DNA from: Clostridia bacterium
GTDB taxonomy: Bacteria; Bacillota; Clostridia; Christensenellales; Aristaeellaceae
Assembly: GCA_030529995.1 (NCBI GenBank)
Contig: JAUMVT010000007.1
Location: 4,170 to 68,169, forward strand
Direction of reading: 5' to 3'
Length of the DNA: 64,000 nt
The translations under genes were made by a program, and so were the position numbers. The notes under the pieces were generated by a model that saw only the letters and a program-made list of their open reading frames with translations, was not told the origin of the DNA and did no database searches. How positions within the stretch are numbered: the first letter of the stretch is position 1; each line of letters starts with the position of its first letter. Shown piece by piece: positions 62,472-64,000 of the stretch.

Positions 62472-64000
62472 ATATCGATGTGCAGTATTACATTGGCGGC
62501 GATACGCCAAAGTCAGGCTTCGGTGTCATTGGCAGATCGGATAACTTTCATGAAGACGCTGATACGCTGTGGATCAACCATGGCAGTGAAGTGGAGGATC
62601 GTTCCCGTATTGAACCGACTGATTACAGACAGCCGGATAGCCTTAGCAGACTCTGTCATGTATGGGAGTATCAAACGGATTCCTTTGGCGCGCCTGCCTT
62701 CATCTCTTCTTATGTGGGAATCAGCAATCGAGGCCGATTTCATGGCTTTGCGGAATACATTATGCCGGAGCTGGATCAACCGGTTTCTCAAATTGCCGCG
62801 GCAGGGCAGATGATCGATGCAGCTGCCCGGCTGAATACGCTGGATTTTTACGAGTTCTGGGAAACGGAAAGCACGCCGATTCCGCCTCGGGATTATGTCC
62901 TTGCCATTCGGGATGTGTTGCCTGCTGCCTGGATGAAGAACGGGAAAATCGATGAGACGTGGCTGCTGACGCTGGTGAGCCGGTACTGGGAAAGCGCATC
63001 CCGGCGAGCGTTCTCCCAAGGATCCTTTCGGCCGGTGCTTGTATGCCTGGGAGAATTTGCGGAAGAAAAGCAGGAAGATATCGATTGTACAATTGAAAAG
63101 GCGAGAGCATTCTATGCAACTGAGATTGCGCCCAAACTGCCGGCGCAGGTGCAGAACATTACTTCTTTTGCTGCCGGTGTGGATTGCCGGGATGTAATTG
63201 ATCGCTTGAATTCTGCACTGCTTTTCTGCATTGATGAAAACCTGAACGTCGAAGATGCACTGCAGCTGGATGAACCGAAGGCGTTGGGGCAGTATAAGCT
63301 TTGCCCGGCAGAAATGAACTTCATCCAGGATGTGGCAAACGGGAAAACACCAACGCTGGTAGCTGAGGTGATGAAGCAGTATCAAGCATTGCACCCTGAT
63401 GCAAACTTGGATATGCATCAAATTCCGTTCATGTCGGATTATCGAGTCTGGTATCAATTATATTGTGTAGAACATCTGATCCAAGATGGCTCGGCGTTCT
63501 TGCAGCAAGCAAATCTGGATATAGAAGAAAATGAAGAGGATAAGATTCGCATTCGTCCGGCACGCTCCTACTTTCTGCTGATGAATGAGCTGCGGGACGT
63601 GTTCCTTGATCATAGCAAGGAGGTCAAGAAGGCAGAGGTTGACGTTCTGCTGAAGGGGTGCGAGGAAAAGCTTCTTCAAATGATGCTGGAAAGCATGCAG
63701 GCTCAAGATGCAAAGCCCTTTATTGTGCGCCCTTCGGAAATGCGCATGTGGCATGCGAAGATTCTTGCGACCCCTTATGAGGAATTGGCTTCGCTGATGA
63801 TGCAGCTGCTTACCATGGATCAGAAGCTGCGGGCGGAAATGCTGAGCTTCATTCGGGCTTTGCCAAGCACGAGAATGAGCGAAACCACGGATGAGCGCAA
63901 TGCGGCGCTGATGAGATCTCTGCTGGAAAATTGTATTCGTCCGCTGATTGAGCACGAACTCGGAAAAGAAAAAATTGCCGATGAATCTCCGCTGCGGAAC
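62468..64000 (+). CDS. Hypothetical protein, fifth gene of the cluster, with its 3' end outside the window (more than 511 codons)
   Basis: Not in the supplied ORF track. ATGA start/stop overlap with the GTPase gene, with GGAGG 6 nt upstream. I read the frame stop-free to 64000: MNIDVQYYIGGDTPKSGFGVIGRSDNFHEDADTLWINHG... The composition looks protein-like, unlike the antisense ORFs. Confidence 0.7.
   Translation, partial: MNIDVQYYIGGDTPKSGFGVIGRSDNFHEDADTLWINHGSEVEDRSRIEPTDYRQPDSLSRLCHVWEYQTDSFGAPAFISSYVGISNRGRFHGFAEYIMPELDQPVSQIAAAGQMIDAAARLNTLDFYEFWETESTPIPPRDYVLAIRDVLPAAWMKNGKIDETWLLTLVSRYWESASRRAFSQGSFRPVLVCLGEFAEEKQEDIDCTIEKARAFYATEIAPKLPAQVQNITSFAAGVDCRDVIDRLNSALLFCIDENLNVEDALQLDEPKALGQYKLCPAEMNFIQDVANGKTPTLVAEVMKQYQALHPDANLDMHQIPFMSDYRVWYQLYCVEHLIQDGSAFLQQANLDIEENEEDKIRIRPARSYFLLMNELRDVFLDHSKEVKKAEVDVLLKGCEEKLLQMMLESMQAQDAKPFIVRPSEMRMWHAKILATPYEELASLMMQLLTMDQKLRAEMLSFIRALPSTRMSETTDERNAALMRSLLENCIRPLIEHELGKEKIADESPLRN

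Noticed and set aside
62513-63955. Two minus-strand ORFs from the track (314 aa and 165 aa) covering the end of the window
   Set aside because: Their translations are Cys/His/Arg/Gln-rich with no SD or recognisable motifs. They lie exactly antisense to a stop-free, translationally coupled plus-strand frame, so I treat them as shadow ORFs.
50990-64000. Mobile-element or prophage interpretation of the low-GC segment
   Set aside because: No integrase, transposase, recombinase, tRNA attachment site, terminal repeats or phage structural genes are visible in the window. Only the compositional shift is reported.
1-64000. Scan for CRISPR arrays, rRNA and tRNA genes
   Set aside because: I noticed no regularly spaced direct repeats, rRNA-like stretches or cloverleaf-sized conserved segments in the intergenic regions. 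By-eye scanning cannot exclude small RNAs.

Overview
This 64-kb window looks like a chromosomal segment from a high-GC Firmicute, probably a gut Clostridia lineage. That placement is an inference from gene content: a T-box leader, cdaA-cdaR, DUF896/DUF1292, an FHA-RodA-PBP operon and a LacI-controlled maltodextrin regulon. All product calls come from reading the supplied translations for family motifs, because no searches could be run.

Positions 1-50.9 kb hold densely packed housekeeping genes:
- cinA (5' partial) and an MBOAT plus DHHW O-acyltransferase pair.
- A deoxynucleoside kinase, a fucose-isomerase-family gene and tag.
- The metQ-metN-metI-M20 operon, a BMP-family binding protein and cca.
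- An FHA-RodA-PBP operon with an M16 peptidase.
- rplM-rpsI, purB and cdaA-cdaR.
- Thiamine pyrophosphokinase, ybaK and a cell-envelope glycosylation group.
- T-box-controlled metG-tatD, a VanX-like dipeptidase and LytTR/DUF3021.
- A maltodextrin uptake and catabolism regulon, and ogt.

Many long ORFs in the track are antisense shadows, as expected in GC-rich DNA. Several listed starts were trimmed to internal starts that have Shine-Dalgarno support.

Two things stand out.
1. From about 51.0 kb to the window end, base composition drops. Hand counts give about 62 percent GC in a core 100-nt sample, against 43-47 percent in samples from this region. A five-gene same-strand module follows:
   - a vWA/cadherin-like single-pass surface protein;
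   - an 1193-aa protein with the tubulin/FtsZ GGTGSG signature;
   - an 844-aa apparent degenerate paralogue;
   - a zinc-ribbon P-loop GTPase ending in a MinD-like amphipathic tail;
   - a fifth ORF (62468 to beyond 64000) that is missing from the ORF track because it runs off the window.
   I do not recognise this combination as a named system.
2. The metQNI-M20 operon is preceded by a strong promoter, a 26-codon leader ORF with 8 Met and 3 Cys codons, and an intrinsic terminator with alternative pairings. This looks like a ribosome-mediated methionine attenuator rather than the expected S-box or T-box.

No rRNA, tRNA, CRISPR array, transposase or integrase was recognised.
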